A DNA stretch of 64,000 nt, taken from the human T2T-CHM13v2.0 reference genome, Homo sapiens. Under the pieces are notes generated by a model, which was not told the DNA's origin, ran no database searches, and saw only the letters and a program-made list of their open reading frames with translations. Made by a program: the position numbers and the translations under genes. Every line of letters starts with the position of its first letter. Position 1 is the first letter of the stretch. Positions 1-19,790 of this stretch are shown here, piece by piece. The DNA lies in assembly GCA_009914755.4 (NCBI GenBank), contig CP068257.2:1056001-1120000 (forward strand), given 5' to 3'.

Positions 1-3000
1 CCTGGTCTCTGCCTACTGGGGACATTGTGACTTATCTCTGCAATGATCTCCCAGGTGCTGTAACTATTGCCTAGGCTCTGGCTACACGGCATTGTGACAT
101 ATCACTGCACTGATCACCCTGGTGATATAACACTTGTCTAGGCTCTGCCTACAAGGGGCTTGTGACATATCCCTGCAATGATCACCTACGTGATGTACCA
201 ATTGTCAAGGCTCTGCCTACAGGGACATTGCGATGAATCTCTGCACTGATCACCTAGGTCATGGAACCCTTGTCTAGGTTCTGCATACAGTGGCATTGTG
301 ACATATCTCTACACTGATCACCCAGGTGATGTAACTCTTTCCTAGGATCTGCCTACAGGATACTTTGTGACATATCCCTGCAATTTTCACCCAGATGATG
401 TACCACTTTTCAAGGCTCTGGCTACAGGGACATTGCGATGTATCTCTGCACTGATCACCTAGGTCATGTAACTCTTGTCTAGTCTATGCCTACAATGGCA
501 TTGTGACATATCTCTGCACTAATCATCCAAGTGATGTAACACTTGTCTAGGATCTGCCTAAAGGGACTTTGTGACATAATTCTGCACTGATCATCCAGGT
601 GAGTGGGCTTTTGTCTAGGCTCTGCCTAAGGGGTCATTATGACATATTTCTGCACTGATCACCAAGGTGACGAACTGTTGTCTTGGATCTGCCTATGGGG
701 TCATTGTGACATATCTCTGCACTGATCACCCAGGTGATGTAACTGTTGTATAAGCTCTGCCTACAGGGGAATTGTAAGAGATCTCGCCACTCATCACCCA
801 AGTGATGTAACCATTTTCTAGGCTTTGCCTACAGGGGGCTTTGTGACATATCTTTGCACTGATCACCCAGGTGATGTAACTCATCTAAGTTCTGCCTACA
901 GGAGCTTTGTGACATATCTCTGCACTGATCACTTAGGTGATGTAACACTTTTATAAGCACTGCCTACAGGGAATTTTGACAAATCTCTGCAGTGATCACC
1001 TAGGTGATGTAACTCTTTTCTAGAATCTGCCTACAGGGTGCTTTGTGACATATCCCTCCAATGATCATGCAGGTGATGTACCAGTTGTCAAAGCTCTGCC
1101 TACTGGGACATTGTGATGTATCTCTGCACTGATCACCTAGGTCATGTAACTCTTGTCTAGACTCTGCCTTCAGTGGCACTGTGACATATCTCTGCACAGA
1201 TCAGCAAGATGATTCAACTCTTCTCTAGGATCTGCCTACAGGGGGTATTGTGAAATATCACTGCACTGATCAACTAGGTGGTGTAACTCTTGTCTGGGCT
1301 CTGCCTACGGGGTCGTTTTTACATATCCCTGAACTGATGACAAAAGTGTTGTAACTCTTGCCTAGGATTTGCCTACAGGGGACATTATGACATATCTCTG
1401 CACTGATCACCCAGGTGATGCAACTCTTTTCTGTGCTCTGCCTACAGGGGACATTGTGACATATCTCTGCACTGATCACCCAGGTGATGCAACTCTTCTC
1501 TATGCTCTGCCTACAGGGGGCATATTGACATATCTCTGCACTGATCACCCAGGTGATGTAACTCTTTTTTAGTCTCTGCCTACAGAGGGCGTTGTGACAT
1601 GACTCTGCACGGATCACCAGGGTTATGGAACTCTTGTCTATGCTCTGCCTACGGAGGCATTGTGACTTATCTCTGCACTGATCACCCAGGAGATGTGACA
1701 CTTGTCCAAGCTCTGCCTAGAGGGACATTGGGACATATCTCTGCACTGATCGCTGAAGTGATGTAAAACTTGTCTAGACTTTGCCTACTGTGGGATTTAT
1801 GACATATCTCTGCACTGATCACCCAGGTGATGTAACTATTTTTTAGGCTCTACTTACAGGGGGTATGGTGAGATATCTCTGCACTGATCACCCAGGTGAT
1901 GTAACTGTTGCCTAGGCGCTGCCTACAGGGGCATTTTAACATATCACTGAATGGATCACCGAGATGATGTAACTCTTGTTTAGGCTTCGCGGTCACGGGA
2001 CATTGAGACATATCTCTGCACTGATCACCGAGGTGATGCAACTCTTTTCTGGGATGTGCTTACAGGGGGCATTGTGACATATCTCTGCCCTGATCCCCCA
2101 GGTTATGTCGCTTTTGTCAAGGATATGGCTACAGGGGCATGGTGACATGTCACTGCACTGATCACACAGCTGATGTAACACTTGTCTAGGCTCTGGCTAC
2201 AGGGGCCTTGTGACACATCTCTGCACTGATCACCCAGGTGATGTAACCATTGTCTAGGCTCTCCCAAATGGGGCATTGTGACATAACTCTGAACTGATCA
2301 CGCAGGTGATGGGACTCTTGTCTAGGCTCTGCCTACAGGGGCATTGTGACATATCTCTGCAGTGATCACGCAGGTGATGTAACTCTTGTCTATATCTGCC
2401 TACTGGCGGCATTGTGGCATATTTCTGCACTGATCACCCAGGTGATGGGCTCTTGTCTTGGATCTGCCTATGGGGTCATAGTGACATATCTCTGCACTGA
2501 TCACTCTTGTGATGTAACGCTTGCCTAAGCTGCGCCTAAAGGGGAATTGTGACAGATATCTCCACTGATCACCCAGGTGATGTAACAATTTTCTGGTATT
2601 TGTCTAGAGGGGGCTTTGTGACATATCTTTGCACTGATCACCCAGGAGATGTATCTCTTGTTTAGACTCTGCCTACAGGTGCTTTGTGACATATTTCTGT
2701 ACTGATCACCCAGGTGATGTAACTCTTCTCTAGGCTCCGCCTACAGGGGTTATTGTGACGTATCTCTGCACTGATCACCCAGGTGATGTAGTTCTTGTCT
2801 AGGCTCCACCTAAGGGGGTATTGTGACGTATCTCTGCACTTATCACCCAGGTGATGTAACATTTATCTAGGCTCTGCCTGCAGGGGCGTTTTGACATAGC
2901 TCTGCACTGATCACCTAGATTATGTAACTCTTGTCCACTCTCTGCCTACAGGGGGCATTGTGAAATATATCCGCATTGATCACCCAGGTGATGGGACTCT

Positions 3001-6000
3001 TCTCTATACTCTGCTTAGAGAGGCATATGTAACATATCTCTGCACTGCTCACCCAGGTGATGTAACTCTTGTGTAGGCTCTGCTTACAGGGGAATTGTGA
3101 GATATCCCTGCACTGATCACCCAGCTGATGTAACTCTGGTCTAAGCTCTGCCTAAAGGGGCATTGTGACAGACCTCTGCACTGATCACTCAGGTGATGTA
3201 ACTAATGTCTAGGCTTTGCTTAAAGGGGCCTTGTCACATATCTTTTGCCCTGTCACCCAGGCGATGTTACTCTTGTCTAGGCTCTGCTAACAGGGGGTAT
3301 TTTGACATATCTCTGAACTGATTACCTAAGTGATGTAACACTTGTGTAGGCTCTGTCTACAGGGGAATTTTGACATATCTCTGCACTGTTAACCAAGGTG
3401 ATGTAACTCTTGTCTAGGCTGTGCTCACAGGGGGATTGAGACATATCTCTGCACTGATCCCGAGGCGATCCTGGTCTCTGCCTACTGGGGATATTGTGAC
3501 ATATCTCTGCACTGATCTCCCAGGTGCTGTAACTTTAGTCCAGGCTCTGGTTACACGGCATTGTGACATATCACTGCACTGATCACCTAGGTGATATAAC
3601 TCTTTTCTGGGCTCTGCCTACAGGGGGCTTGTGACATATCTCTGCACAGATCACCCAGGTGATATAACTCTTCACTAGGATCTGCCTACAGGGTGCTTTG
3701 TGACATATCCCTGCAATTATCACTAATGTGATATACCACTTGTCAAGGCTCTGCCTACAGGGGCATTGTGATGTATCTCTGCACTGATCACCTAGGTCAT
3801 GTAACTCTTGTCTAGGCTCTGCCTACAATGGCATTGTGACATATCTCTGCACTGATCACCCAGGTGATGTAACTCTTGCCTAGGCTCCAACTACAGGGAT
3901 ATTGTGACGTATCTCTGCCCTGATCACCCAGGTGATATAACTCTTGTCTAGGCTCCACCTACAGGGGTATTGTGACATATCTCTGCACTGATCACCCAGG
4001 TGATGTAACATTTTTCTAGGCTCTGCCTACAAGGGCATTTTGACATAGCTCTTCACAGATCACCTAGGTTATGTAACTCTTTTACACTCTCTGCCTACAG
4101 GGGGCATTGAGAAATATCTCTGCACTGATCACACAGGTGATGGGACTCTTCTCTAGGCCCTGCCTACTGGGGGCATGTTCACATATTTGTGCCCTTATCA
4201 CTCAGATGACGGACTCTTGTCTGGGATTTGCCTATGGGGGCATTGTGACATATCTCTGCTCTGATCACCCAGGTGATGTAACTCTTTTCTAGTGTCTGCC
4301 TACAGAGGGCGTTGTGACATCACTCTGCACGGTTCACCTGGTTATGTAACTCTTCTATAGGCTCTGGCTATGAGGGCATTGTGACATAACTCTGCACTAA
4401 TCACCCACGAGATGTGACTGTTGTCTAAGCTCTGCCTAGAGGGACATTGGGACATATCTCTGCACTGATCGCTGAGGTGATGTAACACTTGTCAAGGCTT
4501 TGCCTACAGTGGGATTTATGACCTATATCTGCACTGATCACCCAGGTGATGTAAGTCTTTTATAGGCTCTGCCTACAGGGGCATTTTAACATATCACTGC
4601 ACTGATCACCAAGATGATGTAACTCTTGTATAGCCTTCGCTGACAGGCGTCATTGAGACATATCTCTGCACTGATCACCGAGGTGATGCAACTCTTGTCT
4701 GGGATCTGCTTACAGGGGGCATTGTGACATATCTCTGCCCTGATCACCCAGGTGATGTAACTCTTGTCTGGACTCTGCCTAATGGAGACATTGTGACATA
4801 TTTCCGCACTGATCACCCAGGTGTTGTCACTTTTGTCAAGGATATGGCTACAGGGACATTTTGACATGTCACTGCACTGATCACACAGCTGATGTAACTC
4901 TTGTCTAGGCTCTGGCTACAGGGAGCTTGTGACACATCTCTGCACTGATCACCCAGGTGATGTAACCCTTTTCTAGACTCTTCCAAAAGGGGACATTGTG
5001 ACATAACTCTGCACTGATAACCCAGGTGATGGGACTCTAGTCGAGGCTCTGCCTACAGGGTCATTGCGACATATCTCTGCAGTGATCACGCAGGTGATGT
5101 AACTCTTGTGTATATATGCCTACTGGAGGCATTGTGGCATATTTCTGCACTGATCACCCAGGTGATGGACTCTTGTCTTGGATCTGCCTATGGGGGCATA
5201 GTGACATATCTCTACACCGATCACTCATGTGATGTAACGTTTGTCTAAGCTGCGCCTAAAGGGGAATTGTGATAGATATCTCCACTGATCACCCAGGTCG
5301 TGTAACAATTTTCTAAGATTTGTCTACAGGGGTCTTTGCGAAATACCTTTGCACTGATCACCCAGGAGAAGTAACTCTTGTCTAGGCTCGGCCTACAGGG
5401 GCTTTGTGACATATTTCTGCACTGATCACCCAGGTGATGTAACTCTTCTTTAGGCTCTGCCTTCAGGGGCTTTGTGACATATCTCTGCACTGATCACCCA
5501 GGTGATGTAAGTCTTGTCTACGCTCCACCTACAGGGGGTATTTTGACATGTCTCTGCACTGATCACCCAGGTGATGTAACATTTATCTAGTCTCTGCCTA
5601 CAAGGGCGTTTTGACATACCTCTGCACAGATCACCTAGGTTATGTAACTCTTGTCCACTCTCTGCCTTCAGGGGGCATTGTGAAATATCTCTGCACTGAT
5701 CACCCAGGTGATGGGACTCTTCTCTATACTCTGCCTAGAGGAGGATTTGACATATCTCTGCACTGATCACCCCAGTGATGAAACACTTGTCTACACCCTC
5801 TCTACAGGAGGCTTTACGACTTATCCCTGCACTGACCACCAGGTGATGTAACACTTGTCTAGGGTCTGTCTACATGGGAATTTTCACATATCTCTACTCT
5901 GATCACCTAAGTGGTGTAACACTTTTCTAGGTTCAGTCTACTGGGGATTTCTGACATACCTATGCACTGATCACCGAGGTGATGTAAATCATTTCCAGGC

Positions 6001-6138
6001 TTTTTGTACAGGGGACATTGTGATATATCTCAACATTGATCCCCCAAATGGTGCAAATCTTCTCTAGGCTCCACAGGGAGGGGGCATTGTGACATATTTC
6101 TGAACTGATCATCCAGGAGATGTAACTATTCTCCAGGC
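1..6138 (+). repeat. Beta-satellite array (68-bp Sau3A-family monomers), orientation F (monomer approx. ctgcctacaggggcattgtgacatatctctgcactgatcacccaggtgatgtaactcttgtctaggctctg)
   Basis: Strict approx. 68-bp periodicity with a conserved GATC (Sau3A) core 'ctgatcacccaggtgatgtaac' in every monomer. About 90 monomers. The last ~400 bp (5750-6138) are more diverged monomers, and the same block recurs next to other D4Z4-like units. Confidence 0.9.
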
Positions 6139-8590
<2,452 letters not shown>

Positions 8591-11500
8591 CTAGGCTCTG
8601 CCTACAGGGGCTTTGTGACACATCTCTGCACTGATCATCCAGGTGATGGGACTTTTGTCTAGGCTCTGCCTATGTGGGCATTGTGACATATGTCTGCACT
8701 GATCACCCAGATGATAGGACTCTTGTCTAGGCTCTGTGTATGAGGGCTTTGTGACATATCTCTGCACTGATAACCCAGGTGATGTAACGCTTGACTAGTC
8801 ACTGCTTACGGGGCAAAGTGACATATCACTGCATTGATCACCGAGGTGATGTAACTCTTGTCCAGGCTCTGCCTATAGTGGCCTTGTGACATATCTCTGC
8901 ACTGATCATCTAGGTGATGTAACTCTTGCTTATGCTCTGCCTGCAGGAGCATTGTGAAATCTCTCTGCACCGATCACCCAGGTGATGGGACTGTTCTCTA
9001 GGCTCTGCCTACTGGGGGCATTGTCACATATTTCTGCACTGATCACCCAGGTGACGGACACTTGTCTTGGATTTGCCTATGGGGGCATTGTGATATATCT
9101 CTGCACTGATCACCCATGTGATTTAACTGTGGTCTAAGCTCTGCCAAAAGGGTCATAGTGACAGATCTCTGCACGGATCACTAAGGTGATGTAACTATTG
9201 TCTAGGCTCTGCTTAAAGGGGCCTTGTCACATATCTCTGCACTGATCACCCAGGTGATGTAACTCTGGTCTAGGCTCTTCTTAAAGGGGGTATTGTGACA
9301 TATCTCTGCTCTGATCACCTAAGTGATGTAACAATTGTGTAGGCTCTGTCTACAGGGGCCTTTTGACATATCTCTGCACTGTTAACCGAGGTGATGTAAC
9401 TCTTGTGTAGGCTGTGCCCACAGGGGGATTGAGAGATATCTCTGCATTGATCCCGAGGTGATCCAAATTTTGCCTGGTCTCTGCCTGCTGGGGACATTGT
9501 GACATATCTATGCACTGATCTCCCAGGTAACTTTAGTCTAGGCTCTGGAGACAAGGCATCGTGACATATCACTGCACTGATCACCCAGGCGATATAACTC
9601 TTGTCTAGGCTCTGCCTACAGGGCACTTTATAACATATCCCTGCAATAATCACCCAGGTGATGTACCACTTGTCAAGGCTCTGCCTACAGGGACTTTGCG
9701 ATGTATCTCTGCACTGATAACTAGGTCATGTAACTCTTGTCTAGGTTCTGCATACAGGGGCATTGTGACATATCTCTGTACTGATCATCCAAGTGATGTA
9801 ACTCTTGTCTAGGATCTGCATAAAGGGACTTTGTGACATAAGTCAGCACTGATAATCCAGGTGATGGGGGTTTTGTCTATGCTCTGCCTAAGGGGGCATT
9901 GTGACAGATTTCTGCACTGATCACCCAGGTGACGGACTCTTGTCTTGGATCTGCCTATGGTGGCATTGTGACATATCTCTGCACTGATCACCCAGGTGAT
10001 GTAACTGATGTATAACTCTGCCTACAGGGGAATTGTGAGAGATCTCGCCACTGATCACCCAAGTGATGTAAGTATTCTCTAGGCTTTCCCTACAGGGGGC
10101 TTTGTGACATACTTTTGCACTGATCACCCAGATGATGTATCTCATCTAACTTCTGCCTACTGGAGCTTTGTGACATATCTCTGCGCTGATCACTTAGGTG
10201 ATGTAACACTTTTATAAGCACTGCCTACAGGGAATTTTGACCAATCTGTGCTCTGTTCACCTTGGTGATGTAACTCTTGTCTATCCTCTGGCCAAAGGGC
10301 GCATTGTGAAATAACTCTGCACTGATCACCCAGGTGATTCAACTCTTGTCAAGGTTCTGCCTACAGGGGGTATTGTGAAATATCTCTGCACTGATCAACT
10401 AGGTGATGTAACTCTTGTCTAGGCTCTCCCTACGTAGGCGTTTTCACATATCCCTGAACTGATGACAAAGGTGACGTAACCCTTGCCTAGGCTTTGCCTA
10501 CAGGGGACATTGTGACATATCTCTGCACTAATCACCCAGGTGATGCAACTCTCCTCTATAATCCGCCTACAGGGGACATTGTGACATATCTCTGCACTGA
10601 TAACCCAGGTGATGTAACTCTTGTCTAAGCTCTGCTTACAAGGGGTATTGTGACATATCTCTGCACTGATCACGTGAGTGATGTAACACTTGTGTAGGCT
10701 CTGCCTACAGGGACATCTTGACATATATCTGCACCGTTAACCGAGGTGATGTAATTCCTGTCTAGGCTGTGCCCACAGGGGAATTGAGACATATCTCTGC
10801 ACTGATACCGAGGTGATCCAACTCTTGCCTGGTATCTTCCTACTAGGGACATTGTGACATATCTCTGCACTGATCTCCCAGTTGCTGTAACTTTAGTCTA
10901 GACTCCGGCTACACGGCATTGTGACATATCACTGCACTGATCTCCCAGGTGATATAACTCTTGTGTAGGCTCTGCCTACAGGGGACTTGTAACATCTCTG
11001 CACTGATCACCCAGGTGATATAACTTTTCTTTAGGATCTGCCTACAGGATGCTATGTGACATATCCCTGCAATGATCACCCAGGTGATATACCACTTGTC
11101 AAGGCTCTGCTTACAGGGGCATTGCGATGTATCTCTGCACTGATCACCTAGGTCATGTAACTCTTGTCTAGGCTCTGCCTACAGTGGCATTGTGACATAT
11201 CTCTGCACTGATCACCCAGGTGCTGTAACCCTTCTCTAGTATATGTCTAAAGGGACTTTGTGACATAACTCTGCACTGATCATCCAAATGATGGGGCCTT
11301 CGTCTAGGCTCTGCCGAAGGGGGCATTGTGACATATTTCTGCACTGATCACCCAGGTGACAGACTCTTGTCTTGGATCTGCCTATGGGGGCATCGTGGCA
11401 TATCTCTGCACTGATCACCCAGGGGATGTAACTGTTGTATAAGCTCTGCCTACAGGGGAATTGTGAGAGATCTCGCCACTGATCACCCGTGTGATCTAAC

Positions 11501-14500
11501 TATTGTCTAGGATTTGCCTACAGGGTGCTTTGTGACATACATTTGCACTGATAACCCAGTTGATGTAGCTCATCTAAGTTCTGCCTCCAGGAGCTTTGTG
11601 ACATAACTCTGCACTGATCACTTAGGTGATGTAACACTTTTATAAGCACTGCCTACAGGGAATTTTGACAAATCTCTGCACTGATCGCCTAGGTGATTTA
11701 CTCTTGTCTACCCTCTGCCCAAAGGGGGCATTGTGAGATATCTCTGCACTGATCACCCAGGTGATTCAACTCTTGTCTAGGATCTGCCTACAGGGGGTAT
11801 TGTGAAATATCTCTGCACTGATCAACTAGGTGATGTAACTCTTGTCTAGGCTCTGCCTACAGGGGCCTTTTCAAATATCCCTGAACTGATGACAAAGGTG
11901 ATGTAACTCTTGCCTAGGCTTTGCCTACAGGGGACATTGTGATATATCTCTGCACTGATCACCCCGTTGATGCAACTCTTCTCTATGCTCTGCCTACAGG
12001 GGACATTGTGACATATCTCTGCACTGTTCACCCAGGGGATGTAACTCTTTTCTAGTCTCTGGCCTACAGAGGGCGTTGTGACATCACTCTGCACGGATCA
12101 CCTGGGTTATGTAACTCTTGTCTAGGTTCTGCCTATGGGGGCATTGTGACTTATCTCTGCACTGATCACCCAGAAGATGTGACTCCTGTCTAAGCTCTGC
12201 CTAGAGGGACATTGGGACATATCTCTGCACTGATCACTGAGGTGATGTAAATCTTGTGTATGTTTTGCCTACTGTGGGAATTATGACATATCTCTGTACT
12301 GATCACCCTGGTGATGTAACTCTTGCCTATGCTCTGCTTACAGGGGGTATTGTGAGATATCTCTGCACTGATCACCCAGGTGATGTAACTCTTGTCTAGT
12401 CTCTGCCTACAGGGGCATTTTAACATATCTCGCCACTGATCACCGAGATGATGTAGCTCTTTTATAGGCTTAGCCAACAGGGGTGAATCAGACATATCTC
12501 TACACTGATCACCGAGGTGATTCAACTCTTGTCTGGGATCTGCTTACAGGAGGCATTGTGACATATCTCTGCCCTGATCACCCAGGTGATGTAACTCTTG
12601 TCTAGGCTCGGCCTACTTAAGACATTGTGACATATCTCCGCACTGATCACCCAGGTGATGTCACTTTTGTCAAGGATATGGCTACAGGGACATTGTGACA
12701 TGACACTGCACTGATCACACAGCTGATGTAACCCTTGTCTAGGCTCTGCCAAAAGGGGGCTTTGTGACATAACTCTGCACTGATCACCCAGGTGATTGGA
12801 CTCTTGACTAGGCTCTGCCTACAGGGGCATTGTGACATATCTCTGCAGTGATCACGCAGGTGATGCAACTCTTGTCTATATCTGCCTAATGGTGGCACTG
12901 TGGCATATTTCTGCACTGATCACCCAGGTGATGGACTCTAGTCTTGGATCTGCCTATGGGGGCATAGTGACATATCTCTGTACTGATAACTCATGTGATG
13001 TAACGCTTGTCTAAGTTGCGCCTAAAGGGGAATTGTCACAGATATCTCCATTGATCACCCAGGTGATGAAACAATTTTCTGGGATTTGTCTACAGGGGCT
13101 TTGTGACATATCTTTGCACTGATCACCCAGGAGATGTAACTCTTGGCTAGGCTCGGCCTACAGGGGCTTTGTGACATATTTCTGCACTGATCACCCAGGA
13201 GATGTAACTCTTGTTTAGGCTCTGCCTACAGGGTCTTTGTGACATATTTCTGTACTGATCACCCTGGTGATGTAATTCTTGTCTAGTTTCCACCTACAGG
13301 AGGTATTGTGACATATCTCTGCACTAATCACACAGGTGATGTAACACTTGTCTAGACTCTGCCTATTGGGGAGTTATCAAATATCCCTGATCTGATGAAA
13401 AAGGTGATGTAACTCCTCTCTAATCGCTGCCAACAGGGGCGTTTTCACATATCCCTGAACTGATGACAAAGGTCATGTAACTCTTGCCTAGGCTTTGCCT
13501 ACACGGGACATTGTGACATATGTCTGCACTGATCACCCAGGTGATGCATCTCTTCTCTATGCTCTTCCTACAGGGGACCTTGTGACATATCTCTGCACTG
13601 ATCACCCAGGTGATCTAACTATTTTCTAGTCTCTGCATACAGAGGGCGTTGTGACATCACTCTGCACGGATGACCCGTGTTATGTAACTCTTGTCTAGGG
13701 TCTGCCTATGGGGGCATTGTGACTTATCTCTGCACTGATCACCCAGGAGATGTGACTCTTGTCTAAGCTCTGCCTAGAGGGACATTGAGACATATCTCTG
13801 CACTGATCGCTGAGGTGATGTAAAACTTGTCTAGGCTTTGCCTACAGTGGGATTTATGACATATCTCTGCAGTGATCACCCAGGTGATGTAACTCTTGTC
13901 TAGGCTCTGCTTACAGGGTGTATTATGAGATATCTCTGCACTGATCACCCAGATGACGTAACTACTGTCTAGGCTCTGCCGACAGGGGTGTTTTCACATA
14001 TCACTGCACTGATCACCGAGATGATGTAACGCTTTTATAGGCTTCGCCGACCTGGGGCATTGAGACATATCTCTGCACTGATCACCGAGGTGATGCAACT
14101 TTTGTCTGGGATCTGCTTACAGGGGGCATTGTGACATATCTCTGCCCTGATCACACAGGGGATGTAACTCTTGTCTAGGCTCGGCCTACTAGAGACATTG
14201 TGACATATCTCCGCACTGATGACCCAGGTGTTGTGACTTTTGTCAAGGATATGGCTACAAGGACATTGTGACATGTCACTTCACTGATCAAACTGCTGAT
14301 GTAACACATGTCTAGGCTCTGGCTACAGGGTGCTTGCGACACATCTCTGCACTGATCACCCAGGTGATATAACCCATGTCTAGACTCTGCCAAAAGGGGG
14401 CATTGTGACATAAGTCTGCACTGATCACCCAGGTGATGGGACTCTTGTCTAGGCTCTGCTTACAGGGGCATTGTGGCATATCTCTGCAGTGATCACGCAG

Positions 14501-16971
14501 GTGATGTAACTCTTGTCTATATCTGCCTACTGGCGGCAATGTGGCATATTTCTGCACTGATCACCCAGGTGATTGACTCTTGTCTTGGATCTGCCTATGG
14601 TGGCATAGTGACATATCTCTGCTCTGATCACGCATATGATGTAACACTTGTCTAAGCTGTCCCTAAAGGGGAATTGCGACAGATATCTCCACTGATCAGC
14701 CAGTTGATATAACAATTTTCTGGGATTTGTCTACACGGGTCTTTTTGACATATCTTTGCACTGGTCACCCAGGAGATGTAATTGCTTTCTTGGTTCGGCC
14801 TACAGGAGCTTTGTGACATATTTCTGCACTGATCACCCAGGTGATGTAACTCTTCTTTAGGCTCTGCCTACAGGGGCTTTGTGACAAATTTCTGCACTGA
14901 TCACCCATGTGATGTAACTCTTGTCTAGGCTATACCTACAGGGGTTACTGTGATGTACATCTGCACTGATCACCCAGGTGATGTAACTCTTTTCTAGGAT
15001 CTGCCTACAGTGTGCTTTTTGACATATCCCTGCAGTGATCACCCAGGTGATGTACCACTTGTCAAGGCTCTGCCTACAGGGACATTGCGATGTATCTCTG
15101 CACTGATCACCTAGGTCATGTAACTATTTTCTAGGCTCTGCCTACGGTGGCATTGTGACAACTCTGCACTGATCACCCAGGTGATGGGACTCTTGTCTAG
15201 GCTCTGCCTACAGGGGCATTGTTACATATCTCTGCAGTGATCACGGAGTTGATGTAGCTCTTGTCTATATCTGCCTACTAGCGGCATTGTGGCGTATTTC
15301 TGCACTCATCACCCAGGTGATGGACTCTTATCTTGGATCTGCCTATGGGGGCATAGTGACATATCTCTGCACTGATCACTCATGTGATGTAACGTGTTTC
15401 TAAGCTTCGCCTAAATGGGAATTGTGACAGATATCTCCACCGATCACCCAGGTGATGTAACAATTTTCTGGGATTTGTCTACAGGGGGCTTTGTGACATA
15501 TCTTAGCACTGATCACCCAGGTGATGTAACTCTTGTCTAGGCTCCACCTACAGGGTGTATTGTGACGTATCTCTGCACTGATCACCCAGGTGATGTAACA
15601 TTTATCTAGGCTCTGGTGCGTTTTGACATAGCTCTGCACAGATCACCTAGGTTATGTAACTCTTGTCCACTCTCTGCCTACAGGGGGCATTGTGAAATAT
15701 CTCTGCACTTATCACCCAGGTGATGGGACTCTTCTCTATACTCTGCCTAGAGTTGGAACTGTGACATATCTCTGCACTGATCACCCAGGTGATGGAAGGC
15801 TTGTCTAGGCTCTATCTATGGGGGCATTGTGTCAAATATCTGCACTGATCACCCAGATGATGTAACTCTTTTCTAGGTCCTGTCTACAGGGATTTTTGTG
15901 ACGTATCACTGCACTGATCACCTAGGTGATGTAAGCCTTGTATGGGCTTTTCCTACAGAAGGCTTTGTGACATATCTATGCACTGATCTCTGAGGTGATG
16001 CAACTCTTGTCTAGGCACTGCCTACAGGGGACGTTGGTACATATCTCTGCACTGATCACCCAGGTGATGGACTCTTGTCTTAGATCTGCCCACATGGACA
16101 TTGTGACACATCTCTGACCTGATCAAACAAGTGATGAAACTCTTGTCTAGGCTCTGCCTACAGGGGCTTTGTGACACATCTCTGCACTGATCACCCTGGG
16201 GAGGGAACTCTGGTCTACGGTCTGCCTACAGGAGGCTTTATGACTTATACCTGCACTGATAAACTAGGTGATGTAACACTTGTCTAGACTCTGCCTTCAC
16301 GGGAATTCTCACATATCTCTGAACTGATCACCCAGTTAATGTAACTCATTTCTAGGTTCAGCCTATAGGAGCGTTTTGACATATCTCTGCACTGATCACT
16401 AAGGTGATGTAACCCTTGTCTTAGCTCTGCCTACAGGGGCATTGTGAAAGATCTCTCCACTGCTCACCCAGGTGATGTAACAATTGTCTGGGTTTTGCCT
16501 ACAGGGAACTTTGTGATATACATTTCCACTGATCAAACAGATGATGTAACCCTTGTCAAAGTTCTGCTTACAGGGGCTTTGTGACATAGCCCTGCACTGA
16601 TCACCCCAGGGAGGAAACACTTTTCTACACTCTGCCTACAGGAGGCTTTATGACTTATCCCTGCACTGATCCTTAGGTGATGTAATACTTGTCTGGGCTC
16701 TGTCTACAAGTGAATTTTCACATATCTGTACACTGATCACCTAAGTGATGTAACCCTTGTGTAGGTTCAGCCTACTGGGGATTTCTGACATACATATGCA
16801 CTGATCACCGAGGTGATGTAAATTATTTCCAGGCTTTTTGTACAGGGGACATTGTGATATATCTCTGCACTGATCACCCAAATGATGCAAATCTTCCCTA
16901 GACTCCGCAGGAAGAGGACATTGTGACATATTTCTGAACTGATCATCCAGGAGATGTAACTATTCTCCAGG
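8591..16971 (+). repeat. Beta-satellite array, orientation F
   Basis: Same 68-bp monomer family and orientation as 1-6138. Ends with the same diverged approx. 400-bp monomer block (16560-16971) immediately before the next D4Z4-like unit. Confidence 0.9.
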
Positions 16972-19790
<2,819 letters not shown>
